DNA of 40,533 bases from Minisyncoccota bacterium (GTDB lineage Bacteria; Patescibacteriota; Minisyncoccia; Minisyncoccales; UBA5738): assembly GCA_041663885.1 (NCBI GenBank), contig JBAYLX010000002.1:1-40533 (forward strand), in the 5' to 3' direction. Position 1 is the stretch's first letter. The number at the start of each line of letters is the position of its first letter. Both the position numbers and the translations under genes were made by a program. The notes beneath the pieces are model-generated. The model saw nothing but the letters and a program-made list of their open reading frames with translations. It was not told the origin of the DNA and did not search any database. Positions 7,405-17,151 of the stretch are shown piece after piece.

Positions 7405-9570
7405 CTAAATTTTGGGCCAGGATTCAATGATCAGGTCTTTTTTGTTTTTTACCGGCAAATACTGGTAAATCTCTTCGCTGATAAACGGCACGAAAGGATG
7501 CATCAATTTCATCAAATTGGCTAAGGAAAAAATAAGGATCGCCTTGGTTCTTTCGGCGGATACTTTGCTTTTCGGCTCATTGATCTGCGCCTTCGCGGCT
7601 TCGATATAAACATCGCAAAATTCATGCCAAAAAAACTCGTAAAATTCGCGAATGGCATGGCCGAATTCATACTTATTGATCCGTTTTTCCGTTGATGCGG
7701 CGATTCTGGCCAGCCCCTTCAAGATCGCGCGATCAGCCTTTGTCAGCGGTTTGGGGGGAAGGCTTGCCGAATACTCTTTCTTTACCTCACCCAGCTGATA
7801 AAGCACAAAACGCGCCGCATTCCACATTTTATTGCAAAACTTTCCGCCGGAAACCATCGTGTCCTCGTTAAAATGAATATCCTGCGATTCAGTCACTTGC
7901 CAGGCCAAACCAAAGCGCGTGGCATCGGTGCCGTATTTTTCGATCAGCATCATCGGATCAATGCCGGTTCCCAATGATTTTGACATGCGGCGGCCATCCT
8001 TTGTTAATACCATGGCGTTGATAATAACGTCCGAGAAAGGAGCCTTTTTAGTGAATTGCAACCCGGAAAACGCCATCCGTGCCACCCAAATGCTGATAAT
8101 GTCGCGCCCGGTGGTCAGCACCGAAGTCGGATAATATTTATTGAAATCATCCGTCGCTTTCGGCCATCCGAACACCGTCATTGGCCACAATGCCGAAGAA
8201 AACCAAGTATCGAATACATCCTCGCTGCGTTTCGGCTGGCATTTTTTGCATACCTGGCATTCTTTTGGCGTACCTGCGGCGGCAAAATGTTGATCCGGCA
8301 AGTTTTCGCAAAACCAAACCGGCATCCGCTGACCCCACCAAAGCTGGCGCGAAAGACACCAATCGCGCGGATCCTTCAGCCAAGCTGAATATGTTTTCTC
8401 CCAACGCTTGGGATGAAATTTGATCTTGCCCGATTTTCCCGCCTCCAAAGCGATTTTAGCCAATTCTTCCATCTTTAAAAACCACTGCTTGGAAGGAATT
8501 AATTGTATCCCCGCGCCGCAACGGGAACATTTTGGAACTTGGTGGCTATAATCTTCTATTTTTTCGATTAAACCGGATTGAGCCAAGTCGTTGACAATTT
8601 TTTCACGAGCTTCGGACGCCTTCAATCCCCGATAAGCGTCCGGAACATTCATATTCATTTTTCCGCGCTCATCGATAACCGAAATCATCTCCAATTTATG
8701 GCGCTGGCCGATTTGCCAATCGTTCAAATCGTGAGCCGGAGTCACTTTTACCGCCCCGGTACCAAAATTAATATCAATAATATTATCCTCAACAACCGGA
8801 ATGCTTCGGCCGACAATCGGTAAAACAACTTTTTTTCCAACAAGCTTCTTATAGCGCGCGTCTTTGGGATTCACGGCTACCGCCGTATCGCCCAACATCG
8901 TTTCAGGACGGGTCGTCGCCACCGTGATATAACCCTCCCCGTCCGCGATCGGATATTTCAAATACCACAATTTCGATGGCTCCGGCGCAAAATCAACCTC
9001 CAGGTCGGAAATCGAAGTCCCGCAACGCGGGCACCAATTGACCACGCGCTCGCCGCGATAAACCCACCCCTTATCGTAATAATGGACAAACGCCGTTTCT
9101 ACCGCATCCACATAATCCGGATCCATGGTAAATTTCAGCCTCGACCAATCGCAAGACGCGCCCATGGCGCGGATCTGGTTTAAAATTATATTACCGAACT
9201 GCTCGCGCCATTCCCATGCCTTTTCAAGAAATTTTTCCCGGCCAAGATCGAATCGACTGATCCCCTCCTTGCGCAATTTTTTTTCGAGCGTGCTTTGCAA
9301 AGCAATGCTGGCATGGTCAGTGCCCGGTACCCAGACCGTCACATCTCCTTTCATTCGATGATAGCGAACCAAAATATCCTGGATAGTGATATTCAACGCG
9401 TGCCCCATGTGCAAATTCCCGGTAATATTCGGCGGCGGCAAAACCACGGAAAACACTTTCTTTGATCTGGGTTTTGCTTTATCGGGGTTGAAATAACCTT
9501 TTTTCTCCCAATTTTCATACGTCTTTTTTTCCGACTCTTTTGGATTATAATGTATCGGCAATAGTTCCAT
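7405..9570 (-). CDS. valS: Valyl-tRNA synthetase (short form)
   Basis: 721 aa. It has the HIGH motif (NLHMGHAL), the KMSKS motif (RMSKS) and the ValRS-type TTRPETMLGDTAVAVNP. Confidence 0.95.
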   Translation of the reverse strand: MELLPIHYNPKESEKKTYENWEKKGYFNPDKAKPRSKKVFSVVLPPPNITGNLHMGHALNITIQDILVRYHRMKGDVTVWVPGTDHASIALQSTLEKKLRKEGISRFDLGREKFLEKAWEWREQFGNIILNQIRAMGASCDWSRLKFTMDPDYVDAVETAFVHYYDKGWVYRGERVVNWCPRCGTSISDLEVDFAPEPSKLWYLKYPIADGEGYITVATTRPETMLGDTAVAVNPKDARYKKLVGKKVVLPIVGRSIPVVEDNIIDINFGTGAVKVTPAHDLNDWQIGQRHKLEMISVIDERGKMNMNVPDAYRGLKASEAREKIVNDLAQSGLIEKIEDYSHQVPKCSRCGAGIQLIPSKQWFLKMEELAKIALEAGKSGKIKFHPKRWEKTYSAWLKDPRDWCLSRQLWWGQRMPVWFCENLPDQHFAAAGTPKECQVCKKCQPKRSEDVFDTWFSSALWPMTVFGWPKATDDFNKYYPTSVLTTGRDIISIWVARMAFSGLQFTKKAPFSDVIINAMVLTKDGRRMSKSLGTGIDPMMLIEKYGTDATRFGLAWQVTESQDIHFNEDTMVSGGKFCNKMWNAARFVLYQLGEVKKEYSASLPPKPLTKADRAILKGLARIAASTEKRINKYEFGHAIREFYEFFWHEFCDVYIEAAKAQINEPKSKVSAERTKAILIFSLANLMKLMHPFVPFISEEIYQYLPVKNKKDLIIESWPKI

Positions 9571-9630
9571 AGATTAGATCTAAATATTCTTTTTGAGACA
9601 ACGAATATAAATTAGCATGCCATCAGGCAA

Positions 9631-9660
9631 AAATCAAAAAATCCCGGGCAAAAACGCCCG
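9631..9660 (-). terminator. Rho-independent terminator downstream of the histidine kinase gene
   Basis: The minus strand reads CGGGCgtttttGCCCG followed by GGATTTTTTGATTTTT. Confidence 0.7.
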
Positions 9661-9661
9661 T

Positions 9662-10828
9662 TCAAGCCACAGATTTTAGCGGCAAATCGATTGTAAATAC
9701 CGTTCCTTTGCCGATTCCAGCAGATTTGACCCTTATTTTTCCACCATTACTATTGACCATCTGCGCCGCTAAATACAACCCAATCCCCTTACCGTTAACA
9801 TTAACTTCTTTCGCCTTATCGCCGCGCTCAAAAATACGATTAAAAATATCGCTTTTATCGTTCGGGTCAATACCAATTCCAGTATCCGCCACAGTAATGC
9901 GCAACCAATCCGAAATAACCCCGATCGAAATTGAAACCCCTCCGTTTTGAGTGTATTTGATCGCGTTATCGACGATATTATACATCGCTTCGCGAATTCC
10001 ATTAGGATCAACGTTTATCAAATCAACCGGGAATATCGGCCGAGCCAGCTTCAAATATATACCTTTATTATTAGCAACGCTCTCTAAATCGGAGATTATT
10101 CCGCCAATAAGTTCAATCACATCGGTGGGCTTTTTCACGACAACGCCTTTGTCCATTTGGAAATGAGCCACGTCCAAAAGCTCGTTAACCAAATGAATAA
10201 GGTTTCGGGTTGCTCCGAGAGATGCTTTTATTTTTTCATCAACCCGCTTTGGTATCTTCCCGTAATCGCCCTCGCTGATCATGCTCAAATATCCCTGGAT
10301 TACCGTCAGCGGGCTGCGCAAATGGTGCTGTGTTGAAAGTAAAAATTGATTTTTCACCTCGCTTAAACGCTTCAATTCCCGATGGGCGCGCTTTTCCATT
10401 TCGTAAGATTTTTCAATTTTTAAATAGGCCTCTTTTATCTCTTTTGTCTGCTCGTCGACTTTCTCTTCCAGTTTTTCCGACAATTCCTCCAAAGCTTCCT
10501 TGGCTTTTTTTTGAGTAAAATTGGCTTTAATGATTTTGTCCGTGCTTTTATTGAAAAAATATCCATAGACAACGACCAAGACGAAAATCGGAATTCCGAT
10601 CATTTGCGATATCTTACCGTCTATCAGAAAAACCGACGCAAAGAAAAACGCTATAAGCGCCAAACTGATCAATTGGTAATGCAAAAACATGCAATCATGA
10701 AATTTTGATTCGCAATACTGGCAACGCTTATAAGGGTTGGTTCCGAGATTATTCACTATCCAGCAATTATTGTTGATATATCCGGAATCGCCCACTTTAT
10801 ATTTTCGTTTTGCCGTGCTTTTTTCCAT
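9662..10828 (-). CDS. Membrane sensor histidine kinase (no cognate response regulator in the window)
   Basis: H-box HHLRSPLT, N-box NIVDNAIKYT, G-boxes DTGIGI and GKGIGL, two TM segments, and an N-terminal Cys cluster (CW..CQYCESKFHDC). Its ATG shares one base with the upstream stop (TAATG). Confidence 0.85.
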   Translation of the reverse strand: MEKSTAKRKYKVGDSGYINNNCWIVNNLGTNPYKRCQYCESKFHDCMFLHYQLISLALIAFFFASVFLIDGKISQMIGIPIFVLVVVYGYFFNKSTDKIIKANFTQKKAKEALEELSEKLEEKVDEQTKEIKEAYLKIEKSYEMEKRAHRELKRLSEVKNQFLLSTQHHLRSPLTVIQGYLSMISEGDYGKIPKRVDEKIKASLGATRNLIHLVNELLDVAHFQMDKGVVVKKPTDVIELIGGIISDLESVANNKGIYLKLARPIFPVDLINVDPNGIREAMYNIVDNAIKYTQNGGVSISIGVISDWLRITVADTGIGIDPNDKSDIFNRIFERGDKAKEVNVNGKGIGLYLAAQMVNSNGGKIRVKSAGIGKGTVFTIDLPLKSVA

Positions 10829-11259
10829 TACCTGTTTTTAAAGATTTTTTTAAAAAAAATATACATAAGAGTCGCCACGCAAAAACCGACGAAACAAGCC
10901 AGGAATATCAACATCGTCACGACCAAAATATAAATCCAGGCCAAATCAACGTATTTATCAAAATAAATAAACAAAAAGCCGACAAAAAGAAGCGCCGCAG
11001 TGGTCGCCGACACAAAATTAACTTCTCCCGGGTCTTTGGACACCATTGCTCCTTTTTTATTCGAAGATTTTTTCAAAAAAACAATATGGAACTGGTAAGG
11101 AAAATTCAATTTCATCGAAAAAACTCCAAGCAACATCAAAACGCTGGCCGCCAGAACCAGCCATTGGTTATGGATGAGGAAAGCTATCAGAACCAACGTT
11201 CCATAGACCGCGCGCGAAAACTTCAGAGAATCATCGTGCAACATTACGCATTTTTGCAT
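10828..11259 (-). CDS. Small polytopic membrane protein (DUF4395-like guess)
   Basis: 143 aa with about 4 hydrophobic helices. It overlaps the sufE 3' end and abuts the kinase start. The start is uncertain; an alternative ATG lies at 11244. Confidence 0.5.
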   Translation of the reverse strand: MQKCVMLHDDSLKFSRAVYGTLVLIAFLIHNQWLVLAASVLMLLGVFSMKLNFPYQFHIVFLKKSSNKKGAMVSKDPGEVNFVSATTAALLFVGFLFIYFDKYVDLAWIYILVVTMLIFLACFVGFCVATLMYIFFKKIFKNR

Positions 11260-11761
11260 ATATTTTTTTTATTATCTGCTTGATATTCGGGCGCGGCGCG
11301 CGTTCGTCTTGCGGCACAACCGCCGGCAACGGTAAACTGCGATCGTTTTCGCCCAAATGGATTTGGGCATCGGATTTAATCCGGCCCAGCATCTTCAACA
11401 AGCTATTGGCGCGGATGGGCGAAAAATCCTCGCTCAAACCGGCATCTTCGATAAAACTCAAACCGGCGCGGCAGATGTCGTCCGGTTTTTGCCCGGAAAA
11501 AATCCGCACCAGCAAAGCCGCAACCCCCTTGACCATAGCCGAAGAACTGTCGATTTCGTAAAACATTTTGCCGCCGACGAACTCGGAATAAAACCAGGTG
11601 CTCACCTGGCAGCCGCGAATCAAATTAGCATCGGCCGCGCGCGCTTTATTTTGATACGGCAGTTTCTTTCCTAGCCGAATCAAATGTTTGCGCTTGTCGA
11701 ACCAATTTTCGTATTTCTTAAATTCGTCGATAATTTCTTTCTGTGTTTCTTCAATAGTCAT
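11231..11761 (-). CDS. sufE: SufE/CsdE-family sulfur acceptor with a C-terminal extension
   Basis: The conserved active-site context IRGCQVSTWF is present. It lies directly downstream of sufS. Confidence 0.8.
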   Translation of the reverse strand: MTIEETQKEIIDEFKKYENWFDKRKHLIRLGKKLPYQNKARAADANLIRGCQVSTWFYSEFVGGKMFYEIDSSSAMVKGVAALLVRIFSGQKPDDICRAGLSFIEDAGLSEDFSPIRANSLLKMLGRIKSDAQIHLGENDRSLPLPAVVPQDERAPRPNIKQIIKKIYAKMRNVAR

Positions 11762-11771
11762 TTAATTGGTC

Positions 11772-13004
11772 TTAGTTGAGCATTTCCTTGGCCTCTTCAA
11801 GCGCTCCGCAAAGATAATCTATTTCTTCAACCGTGTTATAGAAAGCGAGCGATGCCCGGACCGCACCATCTGTTTTATAGTGCTCCCAAATCGGATGCGT
11901 GCAAAAATGGCCGGTGCGCACCGCAATTCCCATTTTATCCAAAAACATCCCAATATCGTAAGCATGTATGCCTTCAAGCGCGAAAGAAAAAACACCGCTC
12001 TTATTTTTCGGCGTCCCGTACAGCCTCAAGCCTTTTATTCCGGAAATTTTTTCCATTCCATAATCAACCAGCTCTTTTTCGTATTTTTGGATATTGCCCA
12101 GACCGATTCCGGTCAAATAATCAAGCGCCGCGCCCAGACCGATGGCACCGATATAATTCGGGGTCCCGGCTTCAAACTTAGTCGGCAGCTGGCTGTAAGT
12201 TGTGTGTTCGAACGTAACGCGATCAATCATATCGCCACCGCCTTGGTAGGGAGGCATTTCGTTCAACCAGCGCTCTTTTCCGTACAAAACACCAATCCCC
12301 GTCGGCGCGTATATTTTGTGGCCCGAAAAAGCGTAAAAATCGCAATCAAGGTCCTGGACGTCCACGGTTTGATGCTGAATCGCCTGGGCGCCATCGATTA
12401 AAACCGGAACATTTTTCCCATGCGCAATGGCAATCATTTCTTTTACCGGATTGATCGTGCCCAAAGAATTGGAAACATGCACCACCGACACCAATTTGGT
12501 GCGGGAATTGAATAATCGCTCATATTCATCCAAACGCAAATCGCCGCTTTCATCAAATGGAATAACTTTCAATTTGGCGCCCTTGCGATCGCACATCATT
12601 TGCCAGGGTACTATGTTGGAATGATGCTCCATCTCCGAAACAATGATTTCGTCGCCCTCTTTCACGAAACCCTCGCCAAAAGAAAACGCAACCGCGTTAA
12701 TAGATGCCGTAACCCCGGCCGTAAAAATTATTTCATGACTATGGCGAACATTCAAATATGCTCTCACTTTTTCCCGCGCCGCCTCGTACATTTTGGTGCT
12801 TTGATCGCTCAAATAATGGATTCCCCGATGCACGTTGCTGTTATATTCGCAATGCATTTTATTAATGATGTCGATAACCGGCTTAGGCTTTTGCGTGGTT
12901 GCCCCGTTGTCGAAATAAACAAGAGGCTTGTCATTGACTTTTTGAGCCAATATCGGAAAGTCATTTCTTATTTTCGCCACATCGAAATTGAATGTTTTTT
13001 CCAT
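11772..13004 (-). CDS. sufS: Cysteine desulfurase, group II (SufS)
   Basis: 410 aa with the PLP-lysine context FSGHKIYAPTGIGVLYG and the catalytic Cys loop RTGHFCTHP. Confidence 0.9.
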   Translation of the reverse strand: MEKTFNFDVAKIRNDFPILAQKVNDKPLVYFDNGATTQKPKPVIDIINKMHCEYNSNVHRGIHYLSDQSTKMYEAAREKVRAYLNVRHSHEIIFTAGVTASINAVAFSFGEGFVKEGDEIIVSEMEHHSNIVPWQMMCDRKGAKLKVIPFDESGDLRLDEYERLFNSRTKLVSVVHVSNSLGTINPVKEMIAIAHGKNVPVLIDGAQAIQHQTVDVQDLDCDFYAFSGHKIYAPTGIGVLYGKERWLNEMPPYQGGGDMIDRVTFEHTTYSQLPTKFEAGTPNYIGAIGLGAALDYLTGIGLGNIQKYEKELVDYGMEKISGIKGLRLYGTPKNKSGVFSFALEGIHAYDIGMFLDKMGIAVRTGHFCTHPIWEHYKTDGAVRASLAFYNTVEEIDYLCGALEEAKEMLN

Positions 13005-13247
13005 TTTTTTATGGTCGGTTTAACGCGACCGTATAATATTAAACTCCCTGAAACGCAACTCGAAATTTTAATCGGCAAGATTGCCGATCACCTAAAAATA
13101 AAATTTATTATTTGATGGATAAACGGCAAATTTTCAATGATCCCCCAAGTTATAACCACAATAAAACAGACTACCAATAAAAAATCAACAAACCCGCTGA
13201 TCATAATTTTATTACTAGATTAATTTCGAATTTTTCCGCTTCCGAGT

Positions 13248-14597
13248 TCAATCGCAAGATTGCTTTAATCCGCCAACCAGCTCTTTACTTAGATTATAGA
13301 TGTTTCCCGCGCCCATCACAAGAACGATTTCCCCGCCTTTGGTTTCCAGGTCCAAACGTTCGGATATCTGGCCCTGGGGAACATATTCGACTTCTTTTAG
13401 GTTCACCGCCCCAACCAATTTTTGGCTGCTTACTTTTTTAACGATTTCATCGGATTCGCGGCCGGCAACTTTATAAATATCGGTAACGAAAATCTTATCG
13501 ACCGGCGATTTTTTAAAAACATCCACGAAGCCATCGAATAGAATATGCGTCCGGTAGGCCTGGTGCGGCTGAAAAACGCAGATTATTTTTTTGTCCGGCC
13601 ACTTTTGCCGCGCCGCCGCCATGGTTAACTTTATCTGCGTGGGATGATGGCCATAATCGGAAACCACGATGATCTTTTTCCCCGCGACAATCCCATTCTC
13701 TTGATCGAACCTTCTCCATGTTCCCTTGTATTCTGCCAGCGATGAATATATTTGTTCATCGGGAATATTTAACCGCCTTCCCACCGCCAGCGCCGCCAAC
13801 CCATTGGCAATATTATGCTCACCGGGTATTTTCATAATCTGGCGCAAACGATCGGCTTCCGGCTGGAGCACGGAATATTTTTTGGTTTCAATCTTTTTAT
13901 TTTCTGATCGCAAAGCAATTTTTCCGACATTCGCGTCATCAGCGCAGGCGATCAGCGCGCCAGATTTGGGCAAATGATCCGCGAATTGTTCGAAAACATG
14001 GACTAATTCCGACTCGCTCCCATAGCACTCCATATGATCCATTTCAATATTGGTCAGCACAATGATCTGCGGCCAATAATTCAAAAAAGACCGGTCGTAC
14101 TCGCAGGCTTCAATGACTAAATACTCCGACTTTCCCAGGCGGAAATTCGAATCACCGAATTCTTTCACTTTGGTTCCCACAATCACCGTTGGATCAAGCT
14201 TGGCCGCCACCATCATCAAACCGATCATCGCCGTGGTCGTGCTTTTGCCATGCGCCCCGGCCACCGCGATCGTCTTATACTTTTTCGTAAGCTCGCCCAG
14301 CGCTTCGGGATATCTCATCGACTTGATCCCAAGCCGCCGCGCTTCTTTCAATTCGGCATTGGTACTTTTAACCGCAGGGCTGTAGACCACAAAATCCGGA
14401 GATAAACCATCCAATGCTTTTTCGCCAGGATAGATTTGCGCACCAGATTTTTCCAGCGCCTCGGTAATTTCGGATTTTGCCAAATCAGACCCGGTAACTT
14501 TCCATCCTTTCGCCAAATAGTAACGCGCCAATGCCGAAACGCCGATGCCGCCAATGCCGATAAAATGCACCTTTAAATGGATATCTGATTCCTTCAT
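13248..14597 (-). CDS. murC: UDP-N-acetylmuramate--L-alanine ligase
   Basis: N-terminal HFIGIGGIGVSALARYY and P-loop AVAGAHGKSTTTAM. Confidence 0.95.
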   Translation of the reverse strand: MKESDIHLKVHFIGIGGIGVSALARYYLAKGWKVTGSDLAKSEITEALEKSGAQIYPGEKALDGLSPDFVVYSPAVKSTNAELKEARRLGIKSMRYPEALGELTKKYKTIAVAGAHGKSTTTAMIGLMMVAAKLDPTVIVGTKVKEFGDSNFRLGKSEYLVIEACEYDRSFLNYWPQIIVLTNIEMDHMECYGSESELVHVFEQFADHLPKSGALIACADDANVGKIALRSENKKIETKKYSVLQPEADRLRQIMKIPGEHNIANGLAALAVGRRLNIPDEQIYSSLAEYKGTWRRFDQENGIVAGKKIIVVSDYGHHPTQIKLTMAAARQKWPDKKIICVFQPHQAYRTHILFDGFVDVFKKSPVDKIFVTDIYKVAGRESDEIVKKVSSQKLVGAVNLKEVEYVPQGQISERLDLETKGGEIVLVMGAGNIYNLSKELVGGLKQSCD

Positions 14598-14614
14598 GGC
14601 TATTTGTAAAAAAA

Positions 14615-15208
14615 TTATTCTCCAAGTTTAAAGCTTTCCAAAACCGTATACGCCATCCCGCCTTTTTTCGATTCGCTCTCCATCACCTCAATGGATTCCA
14701 CCAAAAAAGTACGCCCGATTTTTTCATCGATCGACAGCGCCTGCTCTTGATCCATCTGCCTCAATTCAGCCTGCCTTAATCTGGCCAGCGTGATGTGGGC
14801 AGTGAACGATTTCTCTTCATCGGAATGACCCGCCTCAGCCAAGGCCTCAGCAGATAAACCTGATTCAAAAAAAGTGTTTTGCAAGTCCATTTGCAACACG
14901 TTCAAACCCGGTGATTTTTCCCCAACCGCCCAAACCATCCGCGGTAATTCCTTGCCGATCGGGCCGTAGCAAACCCGATCAAACGTAAAATCAAACGGCT
15001 CATGGCGCCGCGCGATTTCACCCGCAGCCCTGCAAACATCCATTACTTCCTGATCTCCGGTATTTCCCAAAAAAACCAGCGTCACATGAAAATTATCCGG
15101 CCAGACCCAACGCGCCGGCAAATCAAGGTAACGATCCTGAACCGCACCAAGTAATTTGCGGATTTTTTCCGGCAAACTGATTGCAATAAAAACACGATGG
15201 AATTTCAT
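14615..15208 (-). CDS. thpR: RNA 2',3'-cyclic phosphodiesterase (2H phosphoesterase, LigT/ThpR)
   Basis: Two HxT motifs are present: HVTLVFLG and HITLARL. Confidence 0.85.
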   Translation of the reverse strand: MKFHRVFIAISLPEKIRKLLGAVQDRYLDLPARWVWPDNFHVTLVFLGNTGDQEVMDVCRAAGEIARRHEPFDFTFDRVCYGPIGKELPRMVWAVGEKSPGLNVLQMDLQNTFFESGLSAEALAEAGHSDEEKSFTAHITLARLRQAELRQMDQEQALSIDEKIGRTFLVESIEVMESESKKGGMAYTVLESFKLGE

Positions 15209-15427
15209 ACGTTTTATGATACATTAATTTAATTATAATTCCAAACCAAAAAAGCCCGGAATAAGCTACCCCCCTACAAAGCAAAAGCGTTATCCTGCTA
15301 GATTAAATAAAATCATCAAGAGAATATATATGCGAATAATATTCGACTATATATATGAAGGAGATAAAAATTACTTTATCACTCCAACATCACTTCTTTG
15401 CCAGGTATTTTTTTATTTATAATTTTA

Positions 15428-15436
15428 TGATAGAAT
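15428..15436 (+). promoter_or_regulatory. Extended -10 promoter element TGaTAGAAT
   Basis: tatGATAGAAT lies about 30 nt upstream of the ATG at 15465. The same TAGAAT hexamer recurs at other predicted promoters in the window. Confidence 0.4.
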
Positions 15437-15464
15437 TTTTCTGTAATTGATATTAAATAAAAAA

Positions 15465-15776
15465 ATGAAATTCACAATTCCTGGCCCGCTAAAAAATAAT
15501 ATCTATAATCTGATGCGCGATACAGGTTATCATTTCCAACGCGAAGAAAAACGCGACGATATAACGGAATACTCTTTTGTCCGGCCACGGAACGGGTTTC
15601 CCCGTTTCCATATCTACGCCAGAATTGTAAACGGCGACGTTCTGGTTAATTTGCACCTGGACCAAAAGAAACCTGTTTACGAAGGAACCACCGCGCATTC
15701 GGGAGACTACGATGAACCGATAGTCGCGCAAGAAGCCGACAGGATAAAACGGATAGCGCAAAATTTCGGCAGCTGA
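15465..15776 (+). CDS. Hypothetical protein
   Basis: The ORF track starts it at a TTG (15447). The ATG at 15465 (MKFTIPGPL...) fits the predicted promoter better. I recognised no domain. Confidence 0.6.
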   Translation: MKFTIPGPLKNNIYNLMRDTGYHFQREEKRDDITEYSFVRPRNGFPRFHIYARIVNGDVLVNLHLDQKKPVYEGTTAHSGDYDEPIVAQEADRIKRIAQNFGS

Positions 15777-15778
15777 TT

Positions 15779-16369
15779 ATGGAACTTATTTCCCTGACTT
15801 CAAGAAACATACAAAATACGGTTGAAACCGCGGCCCGGATTTTAAAAAAGGGCGGCGTCGTTGTGGCACCAACCGACACGGTTTATGGTTTGATCGCGGA
15901 CGCGACCAATGATAGCGCGATAAAAAAAATTTACGCGATAAAAAAAAGAAGCCGGGAAAAGCCTTTGCCCGTGTTTGTCAAAAACATGGCAATGGCAAAT
16001 AAATTTGCCGAGATTTCCCAAAACCAGCGAAAAATCCTTGAGGAAAAATGGCCGGGAAAAGTCACGGCGATTTTAAGAAGGAAACACGATTTAAAAATTT
16101 TCGGAGTTGCCGGCGACACAATCGCGCTGCGGATACCGTTTTACCATTTCATCAATTCTCTTTTGGAAACGCTGGATTCGCCGCTGGCCGGCACGTCGGC
16201 GAATATTTCCGGCAAACCCGCCTCCACGAAAATCGACGACATTATCCAGCAATTCCTGGGATTAAATCCGCTGCCCGACATTTTCATTAATGCCGGCGAC
16301 CTGGCGGATTCGAAATCATCGACAATAATCGACATGACAAAACAAGAAATTAAAATAATCAGGGCATAG
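15779..16369 (+). CDS. tsaC: L-threonylcarbamoyladenylate synthase (YrdC/TsaC)
   Basis: Motifs GGVVVAPTDTVYGLIADA and GTSANISGKP. At 196 aa it is the single-domain form. Confidence 0.85.
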   Translation: MELISLTSRNIQNTVETAARILKKGGVVVAPTDTVYGLIADATNDSAIKKIYAIKKRSREKPLPVFVKNMAMANKFAEISQNQRKILEEKWPGKVTAILRRKHDLKIFGVAGDTIALRIPFYHFINSLLETLDSPLAGTSANISGKPASTKIDDIIQQFLGLNPLPDIFINAGDLADSKSSTIIDMTKQEIKIIRA

Positions 16370-16374
16370 ATACC

Positions 16375-17097
16375 ATGAAAAAAATAAAAACGGCTAAAAA
16401 AAACACTTCCATCAACAAAAACCAAGAATTAAGAATTCTGGGCGAAATCATCGAAACGATCAGTTACAACCTTGATTTAAAAGAAGTGCTGGCTCGCATC
16501 GTCAAAATCGTCAGTGGCGTAACTCAGGCCGACTCTTGTTTTTTATATTTGGTCAACGGTAATGATTTGGTATTGCGCGCGTCGTTAAATCCCAAGCCCA
16601 TGCAAATCGGCAATATAAAATTAAAATTGGGCGAAGGCATCACCGGCTGGGTCGCGACCAATAAAAAAACCGTTTCGATCGCCAAAAAAGCCTATGGCGA
16701 CAAACGTTTCAAATTCATGAACAGCTTGCCGGAGGACAAGTTTGAAGGATTTCTTTCGGTGCCGATAATTTATCGCGACAAAGTTTTGGGCGTGATCAAC
16801 GTCCAGCATTCGCGTCCGCGCGCGTATTCGAAAACCGAAATCGCGCTGTTCGAACTCGTGGCCAAAGCGACCGGAGGCGCGATTGAAAATGCCTCGCTCT
16901 TTTCAGAAAAAGAAGCTCTGAAAGAAGCCCTGGAAACCAGGAAAGTAATCGAAAAAGCCAAGGGAATTTTAATGAAAGAATATTCCGTCAGCGAAAATGA
17001 TGCCTACGGATTATTACATAAAAAATCAATGGACAAACGCCTGTCGATGAAAGACATCGCCAACGCCATTATCATTTCCAACGAATTCAAAAAGTAA
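16375..17097 (+). CDS. GAF domain + ANTAR RNA-binding antiterminator (one-component regulator)
   Basis: A central GAF-like region (GEGITGWVA...VPIIYRDKVLGVINV) is followed by a C-terminal ANTAR helix pattern (LETRKVIEKAKGILMKEYSVSENDAYGLLHKKSMDKRLSMKDIANAII). Confidence 0.85.
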   Translation: MKKIKTAKKNTSINKNQELRILGEIIETISYNLDLKEVLARIVKIVSGVTQADSCFLYLVNGNDLVLRASLNPKPMQIGNIKLKLGEGITGWVATNKKTVSIAKKAYGDKRFKFMNSLPEDKFEGFLSVPIIYRDKVLGVINVQHSRPRAYSKTEIALFELVAKATGGAIENASLFSEKEALKEALETRKVIEKAKGILMKEYSVSENDAYGLLHKKSMDKRLSMKDIANAIIISNEFKK

Positions 17098-17102
17098 CCG
17101 TT

Positions 17103-17133
17103 AAAAAAAATCCGCCATTGGCGGATTTTTTTT
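17103..17133. terminator. Bidirectional rho-independent terminator between convergent genes
   Basis: AAAAAAAATCCGCCattgGCGGATTTTTTTT. Confidence 0.8.
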
Positions 17134-17151
17134 GCTTCACTAGACAGAGTT

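Noticed and set aside
13088-13204. 38-aa hydrophobic minus-strand micro-ORF (MISGFVDFLLVVCFIVVITWGIIENLPFIHQIINFIFR) in the murC-sufS gap
   Set aside because: AT-rich intergenic DNA easily yields such ORFs. There is no supporting promoter, terminator or motif, so I cannot support it without conservation data.
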